From Octopus sinensis (Eukaryota): a DNA stretch of 64,000 bases. Shown one piece after another: positions 26,011-39,518 of the stretch. Within the stretch, counting starts at the first letter, position 1; each line of letters opens with the position of its first letter. The notes beneath the pieces were generated by a model. It saw nothing but the letters and a program-made list of their open reading frames with translations. It did no database searches and was not told where the DNA came from. The stretch covers positions 25,606,001 through 25,670,000 of the forward strand of contig NC_043006.1 in the NCBI RefSeq assembly GCF_006345805.1, written 5' to 3'. The position numbers and the translations under genes are program-made.

Positions 26011-26491
26011 AGAATTCATCTCCATAAAAGTGGTAAATTTTGTATTTCCATTTTCTTTATATATTCTGAATTCAGAACTGATTTCACAACTGAAGAATAG
26101 ATTGAATTTAGAATAACAAATTTCGGTATGGTTATAAAAAAAATAAAGGGGGACATATGTAGTAAAAGGAACTTACTTTTATCCATGGAATCACGCCATA
26201 ACCTTACTGAACAATTACCCAAGTCTGTCCGTTATGGTTCATATAGGATTCCTAAGTTTTATACGTCGGAGATTACGATTATGGAGAAGGAAGGAAGACC
26301 AACCCCTTGTCTTAGATGACAAATTCCGAATATGCAAACACTTTCAAAATTTCATGTCAACTTATATCCAATTAGTAATCTCCCCCATAATTTTTTATTT
26401 ACCTTTTTAGGCGATGTTTCGTTACAAGAACACTACAAACCACGTATATTTGTTTACATATGGGCTTGCGGGAACTTTTGAAGTAATGAAA

Positions 26492-28919
26492 GCGATTGTA
26501 TGACGAGGGAAGTTCTTTTGAAGTTACCGTGCATGGGAAGCATTGATGTACATGTGTGAAAGAGAGAGATAACTGAAATTTTTTACTCGGATTTTGTAGT
26601 GCGTGCGTGTGTATGCATGTATGTGTATGTATGGCCGATTCAGTGTTTACATTATTTCGAGTTAAAACAAAAGATTACCTTTGCCTGTTTATGTAACGGT
26701 CTGCTATGTAGAAAATAATGAGGTTGACTCAATGGAATAATGACAGTGATCGAAGATATAGACAAAAATTTTTTTATTTAATCGTTATACATGCCTTGTC
26801 GACCACTACTGTGCAGCCTTAATGTCTGTTGATGTGACGATGGTGAAATAGTAAGAAAAAGACGGCAGAGTTATAAAATGAGGAGGAGATATTCTTCTCA
26901 TGAGAAAAGAGTTGCATGCAAAGGAAAAAAAGTTAATAGTCTATAGATGTGCACAGAAATTGGATGCAAGCATGCATATATATATATGCATGTGTAACGA
27001 AAAGTGACAAAATCTGACTGGTAATGTCCTGTGTGAAAAGGTTAGTTTTCTTGGTTGGGTAGCTGTCCTAAGTGTTGCATTTATGTATGGCAACTGTTTC
27101 CCTCATGGATCTGTGCATCGGGTTGCAGTACATGTGGAATGTAATTGGTGTGTGTCCATTGAGTCGGTGACTCATTCCTTTCGTATTGTGTTGGGCATGT
27201 GACGATGGAACTGAAAACTATGTTGTGAAAGTTCGTGTCCTATAATTCTTGTTGATGCGACTGGCACAGACTGTAATTGTTTTCAAGAGTTCATGCGATG
27301 CTGAAGCAGTAAGTCTTTGAAGTTGAGCTCACCAAATGTAATGGATAAGGTAACGAAGACTGTGGCTCGGGGGTCAGCAGTTGTGGCAGGGTTGTTGTGT
27401 TCGAATCACGTGGATAACCAGTTGTATCGTTGTGGTTGATGTATTCTAATAACGTCGGTCTGTCACCGATGCTCGATGCTGACAATAGAGAATGTGAAGG
27501 TGGCATTGTCACTTCTTCATTTCGGCCGACTGTAGAAAAAGAGGTATATCACTGTGACACCTATTGTTTTCGTGTGGTATCTGTGTAGATGAATTGTGGA
27601 TCAATCCCACCTACCATTGACTTGTCTTCTCGAGTTGATGTATTACTGGGCAATAATTGAATGTAAACAGTGTTGTGATGGGTGAAGTTGGAATTGGACC
27701 AGAGGCAATTGTCAACTGGTACATGTTCCTTTCAGATCTTGTAACTTTAATGATTTTTGGAATTTTAAAATACCATTACAAAATTGTCTTCTACACACGG
27801 AAATAACCAGTGCAAGCAAAATTTGGTCTAATGTTTAATTTGGTATTCATTACATCGAGAGTCTGAACCAAATTTGTTTTAAAAATCAAACATGAAACAA
27901 TTTGCTACCACGCACAGTTTCTTCCCTGAAATTTGTTATCACAATTCATTTTACAGAAATAAGAGAAATGGTTAGAACTAGCTGTAGCTACTTATACATA
28001 TGTAGTGCATTGTTCTTTGAGTTAATTTCATCACATGGCTTTGCTAAGTCAATTGATGTGTTTTCCGTTTGACTTAAAACTTTTCCGCGTCTACACAGAC
28101 ACCACACGAAAACAATAGGCCGAAATGAAGAAGTGACATTGTCAGCATCGAGCATCGACAATTGGTGACAGACCGACGTTATTAGAATACATCAACCACA
28201 ACGATACAACTGGTTATCCACGTGATTCGAACACAACAACCCTGCCACAATTGCTGACCCTCGAGCCACAGAACTGCAGTCTTCGTTACCTTATCCATTA
28301 TATTTGGTGAGCTCGACTTCAAAGACTTACTGCTTCAGCATCGCATGAACTCCTGAAAACAATTACAGTCTGTGCCAGTCGCATCAACAAGAATTATAGG
28401 ACACGAACTTTCACGACACATGCCCAACATGAAAGGAATGAAGTCACCGACTCAATGGACACACACCAATTACATTCCACATGTACTGTAACCCGATGCA
28501 CAGATCCACGAGGGAAACAGTTGCCGTCGACAAGGCATATATAACGATTAAATAAAAAAATGTCTATATCTTCGATCACTGTCATTATTCCATTGAGTCA
28601 ACCTCATTATTTTCTACATAGCAGACCGTTACATAAACAGGCAAAGGTTATCTTTTGTTTTAACTCGAAATAATGTAAACACTGAATCGGCCATACATAC
28701 ACACACACATCGATACATACATACGCACGCACTGCAAAAACCGAGTAAAAAATTTCAGTTATCTCTCTCTTTCATACATTACTCTATCTGTCTCTTCACA
28801 CACACTAACAGAAGCACTTCACTTACACACCATACTTCTGTCTCCCTAAACACACACATGTACATCAATGCTTCCCATGCACGGTAACTTCAAAAGAACT
28901 TCCCCCGTCATACAATCGC
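26492..28919. repeat. Large inverted duplication (arms about 26492-27591 and 28088-28919)
   Basis: Long blocks are reverse complements, for example gaagttaccgtgcatgggaagcattgatgtac versus gtacatcaatgcttcccatgcacggtaacttc; spacer about 500 bp. Confidence 0.9.
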
Positions 28920-29463
28920 GCGCGCGAATCGGAGACGTGCGATACAAGTATATATCGTATATATACAAGTATATATCGTGCATGCGCCAGTCAGCTTGTA
29001 GGATCGACTGCCTACGTCTGGCTAGCACGGACGCGCGTCTGCGCAAACCGGGACCACTCTGCGATACAAGTACCAAAAGCAGTATTAATTATAATAGTCC
29101 ATGTGGGTTTTTTTTTTATTTTAACCACCAAAGATCCGAAATATTGCAACATTAAATACATAAAAACAGAACACGCGTACAAAACGACACGTGCTCACGG
29201 AAATTGACTGAATCCGAAAGAATGCCAATAAATTTTTGAAAAAAAGTGGAAAATGAATTGCGAGAGAGAGGGGGGGGGGTTGAAATGCTAACTTTTTTTC
29301 CAGAATCTCCGTGGTCGAAAACGTGGGTTTCTGTAGGGGGGGGGGGAAGCGAATGGATGTGTTGTGACGGCCCGCCAACAAGTAATTGCCCATAAATCCC
29401 TATATTTGCAACTTGTCTATATCGGAACAGACAGAAGCGATGAAAAATTAATAAAATGCTTAC

Positions 29464-29592
29464 CTTGCCACAAAATTTGCAGGTATATTTGGCGTGCTGA
29501 GATACTTCCATCTTCTTAACTGTCTTACGCAACGAGGCACCATACCGGGTACCATATTTACCGCAAATTCCGACCTTTTTTGTACGTTTAGC
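29464..29592 (-). CDS. RPL37A: RPL37A exon 2
   Basis: Acceptor ttttgttag|, donor |gtaagc. Encodes [43 protein letters not shown]. Confidence 0.98.
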
Positions 29593-30079
29593 CTAACAAA
29601 ACGGAAAAACGCGAGAAATATATTGCCTATTTCCGACGAAACGGTATAATCAATTGCAATTCTATTACCGCTACTTTAAATACTACAAAACAGTGTGATT
29701 TTGGCTTACTAAAAGCACGAAATCTGAAATGTTTGTTACTGTTAGCATGAAATCAATTAACAAATTTAGCAATGAATGTCTTTGGAAACAGCTAAAAGAT
29801 TACAGATTTTCTGAAAGAACTAATATAAATACAAGAATTTTCTAAATATATGTAGATAATGTAGAAAAAAGAAATTTTCACACGAAAGATATTATACATG
29901 GTTGAGCACACCTCATGTTGTGGTTACATAAATCAACTTCTGAATTATAATTACATAAAAATAATAAAATTAACATATGCTAGAGTATTGATTGAGACAT
30001 TTCATATATTTTTTCAATAATCAAATCTCAGAAATTACAAAGATTAATCAAGATAAGCGAGACAAGAACAAATACGAAC

Positions 30080-30082
30080 CAT
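30080..30082 (-). CDS. RPL37A: RPL37A exon 1 coding part (ATG only)
   Basis: ...ctccagaaATG|gttcgt just downstream of a pyrimidine tract. Gives a 279-nt CDS (92 aa), the usual RPL37A length and exon layout. Confidence 0.85.
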
Positions 30083-30112
30083 TTCTGGAGATCACTGAAA
30101 CGGAAGAGGAAG
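30083..30112 (-). promoter_or_regulatory. 5' TOP / TCT-type start region and short 5' UTR of RPL37A
   Basis: The - strand reads cttcctcttccgtttcagtgatctccagaa before the ATG. A polypyrimidine start is typical of ribosomal protein mRNAs; the exact TSS is inferred. Confidence 0.7.
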
Positions 30113-30358
30113 TCGTCAAAATTGGCACCTGGGATGTAAACTCAGCAAATTCTGACTGACACAGCAATAGTTTCGTACAAACTTATACTTATTCTTAAAT
30201 ATAATGTCATTGAAGTGAATATAAACATATAAAACTAACTTCAACTATAAAGAATACATTGTTAAAATTTATTTATAATTATATTTATTACCGAGTTGAC
30301 AACTGGATATTATCAAGTAGGGAGGGTAAAATGTTTTTGGATTCGTATTTACATTATA

Positions 30359-30762
30359 CTAGTAATATCGCCCGGCGTTGCTCGGGTTTGTAAGGGAAAT
30401 AACTATATAAGCATTTTTAGAGATGTAAAGTATAATAGCCATCTCAATATGGCTAACCACAAAGGGGAGGGGTGTTACTGTAGCTTTTTACGTTCTGAGA
30501 TTTAATAATACATTTTTAGAGAGTTACTTCCCCTATATAATAGCAAAAAAAAAAAAAGCGTTAAAAATGAGAAAAAAATTATGGTAAATTTTTTTTTAAA
30601 TCGTAGACTCATCGTAGACGCGCGCTAATACCCAGAAGGGCTCGATATGAATCACGACTATAAGATACCCGCTTTTGGTTACACTGCACCGCAAAATGTG
30701 GGAGTAGTTAGGAATCTAAATCGTAGGAGACAGACACACAACTTCACTTTTATATATAAAGA
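30359..30762 (-). mobile_element. Non-autonomous Helitron (404 bp)
   Basis: The - strand starts A|TC and ends with the hairpin cccgagcaacgccggg then CTAG|T: the canonical Helitron termini and AT target with no TSD. Confidence 0.85.
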
Positions 30763-32229
30763 TTTCTTCTTAATATATAGCAAATATCTGTTTTCGCTTT
30801 TACCCCCTTTGAATTTATAAATATAACCAAAAATATTTCTCTTAAACCATGTGGCGCATATCAACATATGTGTTCGCTGTTCACAAATTTCTTTCTTCCA
30901 AACTTTCAGAAAAATGAATATATTTGAATGAAATTATTTACAAATACCTTTCAAATGGTGGGTGTAGATTCACAAAATCAACCCTATTTAATTTTGCTCA
31001 GATTGCTTTAAATTTTGGTGCATCGATGCTACTCTAAATTTTGATTACGATCAGCCAATTACTTTATCTCGTAAATTAAAGAATCTGATGTTATTTGGAA
31101 TTAAAGTTGGGAAAAATTTGGGTAATTTTAGCCAATCAACAGACTGCGAAGCATTAACAACTTGTTACCATGACAACTGCATGTTGTAGTTGTGTTTCAT
31201 TTCACCCACATGTTGTGTTGTGTTGTGTTGATTCTTCCCACCACAAGATTTACTTCACCTGCGTGTTTTCTTTTAATAAAAAATTATATTTATCAATTAG
31301 AATTTTATTGTAAATATTTTTTCTCAATTGTCTTAATTTTACGTATTCTTCACAGGAGTGGCTGTGTGGTAAGTAGCTTGTTTACCAACCACATGGTTGT
31401 GGGTTCAGTCCCACTGCGTGGCACCTTGGGCAAGTGTCTTCTACTATAGCCTCGGGTCGACCAAAGCCTTGTGAGTGGATTTGGTAGACGGAAATTGAAA
31501 GAAGCCCGTCGTATATATGTATGTGCGTGTATGTTTCTGTGTCTGTGTTTGTCCCCCTAGCATTGCTTGACAACCGATGCTGGTGTGTTTACGTCCCCGT
31601 TACTTAGCGGTTCGGCAAAAAGAGACCGATAGAATAAGTACTGGGCTTACAAAGAATAAGTCCCGGGGTCGAGTTGCTCGATTAAAGGCGGTGCTCCAGC
31701 ATGGCCGCAGTCAAAATGACTGAAACAAGTAAAAAAAGATATATATATATTTCGTGAAGTTTTTCTGTGTTTACATTTGTTGCAACAAACGCCTTTCAGT
31801 TTAAACTGAGGTCAGGCTCTTTCCAGTTCTCATTTAGCCTTTCAGCTAATGTATGCCGTGTTTCTGTCCTTACAAACTCCTTCCATACACCTCATGCTGT
31901 CGACTATATTCCTAGTTTTACAGTTAATACTGTAATAATGTTTCATTAATGAAATATTACCCATACTAAATAGGAAATACACATATATTTCTTTACTACC
32001 CACAAGGGGCTAAACACAGAGGGGACAAACAAGGACAGACAAAGGGATTAAGTCGATGTAATCGACCCCAGTGCGTAGCTGGTACTTAATTTATCGACCC
32101 TGACAGGATGAAAGGCAAAGTCGACCTCGGCGGAATTTTAACTCGGAACTTAATGACAGACAAAATACGGCTACGCATTTCGCCCGGCGTGCTAACAGTT
32201 CTGCCAGCTCGCCAAGTCAGGTATAGCAT

Positions 32230-32376
32230 ACATACACAGTTACATTTATATATAGGCAGTCAAGTAGGTAAATAGGTAGGTAGTTAGGTAAGTAAATAGG
32301 TTTTAGGTGGTTAAGTTAGTTATAAAGACTGTTTGCTACTTAGTTAATTATGTAGCTAGGTGGGTAGGTAAGTAGG

Positions 32377-32407
<31 letters not shown>

Positions 32408-32660
32408 TCAGGTAGGTACATAGGTAGTATGGACAGACATATACATACACACACACACAAAGAGCAGGAACACACGACCAAACTCACACACACAGACATA
32501 TATAGGCACACATGCATACACAACTGGCACATGTGCATACATACAAACTCATATGCATAGATACACTCAAGCATGCATGCACAATTTAGCAGATGTACAC
32601 ATACATACAGGCACACTCACACACACATATACAAACATACAAGCATGCAAACATACATAC
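32230..32660. repeat. Compound microsatellite (AGGT/AGAT/CA-rich)
   Basis: Runs of taggtaggt, (agat)n and (ca)n read directly. Confidence 0.85.
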
Positions 32661-33389
32661 CTGCATGCAACAAGGTCTCAAGCAGACAAATGCGGCCTTC
32701 GTAACGGACTAAGATGAAAGTCATTGAAAAGGTTGCAAGTAGGAGTGGCTGTGTGGTAAGTAGCTTGTTTACCAACCACATGGTTCCGGGTTCAGTTCCA
32801 CTGCGTTGCACCTTGGGCAAGTGTCTTCTACTATAGCCTCGGGACGACCAAAGCCTTGTGAGTGGATTTGGTAGACAGAAACTGAAAAGAAGCCCATCGT
32901 ATATATGTATATATATATATATGCGTGTGTGTGTTTGTGTGTCTGTGTTTGTCCCCCTAGCATTGCTTGACAACCGATACTGGTGTGTTTATGTCCCCGT
33001 TACTTAGCGTTTTGGCAAAAGAGACCGATAGAATAAGTACTGGGCTTACAAAAGAATAAGTCCTGGGGTCGAGTTGCTCGACTAAAAGGCAGTGCTCCAG
33101 CATGGCCGCAGTCAAATGACTGAAACAAGTAAAGAGTAAGTAGTAATGAAAGAGCTTTGACAAACAAAAACAAAACAAATGACTTGCTGTTTAATCAAAT
33201 TAAACAAACAATTGCTTAGTTTAGTTGGATATTTAGCCAATTCACTAATAATAAAAGAGTGGAACTGAACGAGTGCATGTGTTAATAATATTAGCATAAT
33301 GACTCTCCCGGGACACAATGAAAGAAATATCATTTTCTAAGGAAAGCCAGTTTATCATAGCAGCACATAACAAAAGAAGAATTAGGCAG

Positions 33390-34070
33390 TATCTCAATTC
33401 AAAATCTGTATGAGTAGAACCAGTAAAGTGAATTGTGGAATTAACTCTAATGATAATTTTCCTGAACTGGATTTTGATACGCTAAGAGTAATTCTGATTC
33501 TGATATTACAGTTAACTCCTAGTTTTGATATTAATTATAATACTGATAATAATCCTGCCTTAACACATACTTTTGAGAGGAAGATTAGTACTAATTCTTT
33601 TAACCATGAATACCAAATACAAGTGTATAAATACCTTTGTAAATGTAAAAACAAAATTATCTGTCCATCAGAAAATCAGTATTTAAGGAAGAATATAGTG
33701 TATCAATGTAAGGTAATAACAGAGGATTGTGAGTGTTATTACATAGGTTCATCTGCTATAATTTGGAAATCTAGATTTCATAATTATTCTTATTCATTTA
33801 AGTATAGAAGAAAAGGTAATTCTACAAATCTTCGTAAATACATTTGGGATTTAAAAGATAGGAACATTAAGCAAGATTTAAAGTGGTCCATTATTAGTTA
33901 TGCACCATTGTGCAATGCTGGTAATTTTAAATATGATCTTTGCCTTGAGGAAATGTATTATATAATTACTTCTAAATTAGTATTATTAAATTATAAAGGT
34001 AATTTTACATTGAAATGTTCTCACAAATATAGAAAAGTATTTAAATATTTCAATTCTAAATAACCCATTA
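33390..34070 (+). mobile_element. Penelope-like GIY-YIG endonuclease fragment (ORF 33410-34063)
   Basis: KNIVYQCKV...YYIGSS...WKSRFHNY...TNLRKYIWDLKD...LKWSII...CLEEMYYII is the standard C-terminal PLE endonuclease pattern. Confidence 0.75.
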
Positions 34071-34090
34071 ATTATAATTGCTTTTTATAT

Positions 34091-35351
34091 ATTGGGTTGG
34101 AAAGAAAGTAATTTCGGGTTTTTAGTGTCAAATAAATGTCATCTCCTTTTATACAAGGAATGAACTTTCATTAATTATATATTTTCCATTTTGTTCGATG
34201 ACCTTTTGCCATCTTTCTTGCAACTTCCTGATTCTGTGCTCATAGTACTTCTGGTCCTTATCAGCCCAAAACTGAAGCAAGTGCGATTTCAAGTCATCAT
34301 CATTATTGAAAGTTTTACCATTCAAAGAATTTTGCAAACTTCAAAATAAATGATAATCTGATGGTTCAAGGTCAGGGCTATATGGTGGATGTGACATCAC
34401 TTCCCAACCAAGCTCCAATGATTTTCCATGAGTTAGCAAAGACGTGTGTGGTCTAGCTTTGTCATGGTGGAACAAGATTCCATTATGATTTGCCAATTCT
34501 GGCCATTTTTCTTTGATTGCTTCCTCCATTTCCATTAGTTGTTGACAATAAACATCTGAATTGATCGCTTGGTTCCTTGGAAGCAGCTCAAAATACACAG
34601 CTCCTTTGTAATCCCACCAAATCGACAGCAGGACCTTTTTTTGAAGCAATTCAGCTTTTGATGTGGTTTGTGCTGGTTCATTATGCTTGGACCATGATAT
34701 TTTCAATTGATGTTATTATAGACAATCCAGTTTTCATTGCCAGTGACGATACATTTAAAAAAAAAGGTTGATTTCATTGTGTTTGAGATGCATATCGCAA
34801 ATATTGATTCATTGTGTTTAGTGAATCTCTTTTAATTTATGTGGAACTCTAATATGAAGCTTCTTAATGAGTCCAAGACATTTTAATTGGTTTTCAATTG
34901 TTGTGATACATTTAACCTTTCTGCAATCTCTCACACAGTTGTATGACAATCAATTTCAATCATGGCTTTGGTCATCATCATCTTCAATAGATCGACCAGA
35001 ATGTTGGTCATCTTCAAGTGAAAAATCTCCTGAACGGAATTTTTAAAACCATTTCTGACATGTGCATTCTGTTAAGCAATCAACACCATAAACTCAACAT
35101 ATCTCTTTGTGAGCCTCAGCAACTTTCTTGCCTTTATGAAATAAAAATGCAAAATATGGCAAAAATGTTCATCTTTGCACTCCATGTTAAAATTGACACT
35201 ATACTAACTTGCAATTTGCTTTTAAAGTAAGCCAAAAGTAACAGCTATCAAATGTCAAAAGGAAAAAAAATCCTAACATTGACAATAGTTGTACAAAAAA
35301 ATAATGCTATCTATTTGTGAGAAACGAAATTACTTTCTTGCCAACCCAATA
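34091..35351 (-). mobile_element. Near full-length defective mariner
   Basis: TIRs attgggttggaaagaaagtaatttcg and gaaattactttcttgccaacccaata in TA context; peptide KKVLLSIWWDYKG...HHDKARPHTS...HPPYSPDLEPSDYHLF; interrupted by stops. Confidence 0.9.
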
Positions 35352-37843
35352 TTATGATAAGCATGATTTTTCTAAAATTGTTTAGCATATTCATTATTCA
35401 CTGATGTCATCAAAATACTAAACTTGTTTTCTTGGAATATTATATTTTCTTAGAATATTATATTCTTCTTAACGTTCTTTTTGTATGCTTTCATCTGCTA
35501 GAAATATTTTCATAGTTCGCTTCGAATTTAACCATTTTTGGATTGCCTTGAAAATGTGTTAACATACTTTCAATATATTAATTTGGCTGATATTCTCTGT
35601 ATCTAAATATGTTGACACAACAGAAATGATCATCAATATTGTATGGTGTAGTCACTAATTAAAGATGTGATATTTGCCATTCTTATTTTTGTTGTCTTAT
35701 ACCCAGAATTCCTTGAAATTCTTCTGAATAATATCTGGATTAACTTGTAATACATGAGGAATTACCTTGGATGTTTATTTTACTTGCATTTATTGGTATC
35801 TGATCATTGGATATAGTTAGCCAAGTTTGTTTATCATTGAGTGCTTTATTGATATCCCTCTTGGTTCTCATTTTATATACTCTTTCTCTTTCTCTTTTAC
35901 TTGTGTCAGTCATTCGACTGCGGCCATGCTGGAGCGCCGCCTTTAGTCGAGCAACTCGACCCCGGGACTTATTCTATTTGTAAGCCCAGTACTTATTCTA
36001 TCGGTCTCTTTTTGCCGAACCGCTAAGTGACGGGGACGTAAACACACCAGCATCGGTTGTCAAGCAATACTAGGGGAACAAACACGCACACATACATATA
36101 TATATATATATACATATATACGACGTACTTCTTTCAGTTTCCATCTACCAAATCCACTCACAAGGCATTGGTCGGCCCGGGACTATAGCAGAAGACACTT
36201 GCCCAAGATGCCACGCAGTGGGACTGAACCCGGAACCATGTAGTTGGTTAGCAAGCTACTTACCACACAGCCACTCCTGGTCTTCCATATTTACTACTTT
36301 CTCAGTTTATCTCACAACTCTATATTCTCAACATGTTACACAAACATCATCACAACATGCTCACGAGCATGCCAAACACACATACACACATTTATTCATA
36401 CTCACACATATGGTCAACAGTATATAATATGTATCCAATAGTAAAATGTATCCCTAGAAATGAAATGAAAGTAAAAATGTAGCATAGACTTAGCAAAAAC
36501 ATAAATATTAAGTGACAAATTAAATTTAAATCTAAATATGAAATATGAAATCATTTTTATTTATTTTTTAATTATTCAATGACATTTTAATGTTTTTTTT
36601 ATTAAATTACACTTGCATTGTTTATTTGTTTGCAGTGTTATATATCTGAATACTTAACTATAAGCATAAATGCAAACAAACCAAACCAAACAAGAACTGA
36701 CATTCTCTTAAATTCATTTATTTGTGAAATCATGTACACACATCACACACACACACATTCTCTCTCTCTCCAATAAACTCCACAGAATTCTTCTATGATA
36801 ATAAAAGTGAAATTTTCTCAACATAGGCATATTATATATCTTTTTGGAATCAGGATAATCCTGGGATTAAAAATCTACCCTTCATTTGGTTCTTGAACAT
36901 CCAGTATTGGAATCTGATTCAAAAGTATTTGGGTTGCTATTTCTAGCAGGTAAAGCTTGGCCGGTTCATGTCGTTTTGGTTAGTGTTTGTCAGATGACAT
37001 CAGAGATCAATGATATTTGCTTCATTTAATTTTGTGTCAAGATAAGAACTTTGGGACTAATTGGCCAACTGTTGGAATTGAACTTGGAATTGGAACAATT
37101 GAATGATTGCATTACAGAATTGATTGTCATCCATCATTGACCTCTGATCAAACACCACCGGGGTATATAGTCATTACAGATGTATCATAGTCATGCTATT
37201 TAGCTCTCTATAGTTTTGGGCCACAGGACCAATTAGCCCTCTGCAAGAGCTAGCTTAAAAATCTGCATGGAGGGAAGCTTTTAAGCTAGTTATTATTAAA
37301 AACAACTTTAAACCTTTTTTGACATGCCTTTTCATTTTCCACATCTAGCTTCCAAGCACATCTCTTTTTAAAAAATTCTAATTTTACTTGACACTCTGTA
37401 TCCATTTTTAAGTACCACTCCCATTCCATTCTTTGATTCTTGAGATGATCTCCTTTTCACATATGGAGCTGGTCTCAATTGCTGTTTAGTAATTGTGATA
37501 CATTCTCTGGTTTGTCTTTGTCAAAGTTGTTCATGGGTCACACTAGGTTATTTCTCTTAGTTCATTTTTTGTTCATATGTATATGTGCCAGTTGATAAAA
37601 ATGTCACAAACTGAACAGATAAGAGGTAATACTATTTCTTGAAAAGACTCATATATGAATGACTGAATTTTGATAAATTTATGATTCTTTTTACTGAAGA
37701 AACAATTAAAACTGGTAAAAATATTATATAAAATATGTTTTCTATACAAAAAAGTGATTCATTTTTAATACATGTCTAAGGATTTCTACTTGTTTCTTTT
37801 TATTGAATTTTCACCCCCAACCATATACATACATACATACATA

Positions 37844-37916
<73 letters not shown>

Positions 37917-37917
<1 letters not shown>

Positions 37918-38090
37918 TGTTGTGTCTGGGGAGAGTCATTTTCTTTTAATGCCTTATTATTTAACACACTCACCGGTAAAATTTCCACTTATTTCTTATT
38001 TAAAAAAAAAAGAAAGAAGTGGAAATTTTTTCGGTGCGTGTGTTAAATAATAAGGTATTAAAAGAGAATGACTCTCCCCAGACACAACAG
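37917..38090. mobile_element. Palindromic MITE inserted at a (TA)n tract
   Basis: ctgttgtgtctggggagagtcatt... is the reverse complement of ...aatgactctccccagacacaacag; arms about 75 bp. Confidence 0.8.
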
Positions 38091-38347
38091 AATATGCTTC
38101 AACACACGAACTCATATAAAGAATCTTGAAAACCATATCCAAAAAAAAGAAATATATATATATATATGTCTATATGAATTAGAGGTTAACAAACCAACTG
38201 TCTAAGAGATATTAAATATCCAATAGACTACTGGATGTGTACCTACGGATTTATAACCAAATGCTTACAATTGCATGGCAATATCGCAATTGAATACTAG
38301 GTATGGGTGGGAGTAAATCAGAAATTTACCCAGGATTTATAAGGGAA

Positions 38348-39229
38348 ATAAGAAAATGGAGAGGATAAACAATTGACAAACATCAGCCAGTAAGCATTCA
38401 ATTATATCTATTTATTAATTGATTACAAACATATGTGTAAGTGATTCAAGTAAACAAATGAAATAAGCCAATAAAGACGTAAATAAATATATAAACAGAA
38501 ATAAATGAATAAGAATAAATGAGTGTACAAATACTAATTTCTACCATGAGGCAGCCAAATCTTTCATGTTATCCTCATCATGTCGGTTCATCCTCATCAT
38601 ACAGGGATGAACAAACATTGGACAGGGATTGGACAATGGTTGAGCCCCAAGGCTTCTTCAGAGAGTCCAAATGTTAGGAAACTAATATGTGGGAAACACG
38701 ATGTAAACTGCAGCCTGCAGAAATTTCTCCTGAGAGTGACTTTATTTATTTACTACAAGATGGAATCCCATGGATTATAATAGCACCTTAAAAGGAAGTT
38801 CTTATCATTCTTTACTATTTCCATTACATTATTTTTATTTTATTTTATTTTATTTTATCTTACCCTACTCTGTTATTTTAACTTACTTTCCTACATGTTA
38901 GTTTCCTAACATTTGGACTCTCTGAAGAAGCCTTGGGATTTTCCAATACCTGTCCAATGTTTGTTTATCCCTGTATATCCCTGACATGATGAAGATACCT
39001 TGGAATATTTCGTTGCCTCATGGTAGAAATGGCTGTGAGAGTTTAGTATTTGTACACTCATCTATTATTCATTTATTTCTCTATATAAATCTGTATATGT
39101 ATTTATCGGGTTATTTCATTCATTTACTTGAATCACTTACACGTATGTTTGTAATCAATTAATAAATAGATATAACTGAATGCTTACTGGCTGATGTTTG
39201 TCAATTGTTTATCCTCTCCATTTTCTTAT
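38348..39229. mobile_element. Inverted repeat (about 350-bp arms), probably a Penelope-like 3' end with inverted pseudo-LTR
   Basis: 38348-38696 is the approximate reverse complement of 38887-39229. The spacer encodes ...FIYYKMESHGL*, resembling the end of a PLE GIY-YIG ORF. Confidence 0.55.
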
Positions 39230-39479
39230 ATATATATGTATGTATATATATCTTTTATCTTTTACATGTTTCAGTTATCAGGCTGTGGCCATGCTGGGGC
39301 ACTGACTTGGAGAACATTTTAGTTGAATGAATCAACCCTGGTACTTATCATTTTAAGCCCGGTACTTACTCTATTGGTGTCTTTTGCTGAACCACTAAGT
39401 TATGGGGATGTAAACACATCAGCACCAGTTGTCAAGCAGTGGTGGGGGACAAACAGACACAAACACACACATACACTCA

Positions 39480-39517
<38 letters not shown>

Positions 39518-39518
<1 letters not shown>

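Noticed and set aside
29152-29532. 126-aa ORF-track entry starting MRKTVKK
   Set aside because: It is RPL37A exon 2 read through its donor into intron sequence, not a separate protein.
18381-30079. C/D-box snoRNAs in RPL37A introns
   Set aside because: No RUGAUGA...CUGA pair with a terminal stem at suitable spacing was seen; the TGATGA hits come from (CAT)n SINE tails or transposons.
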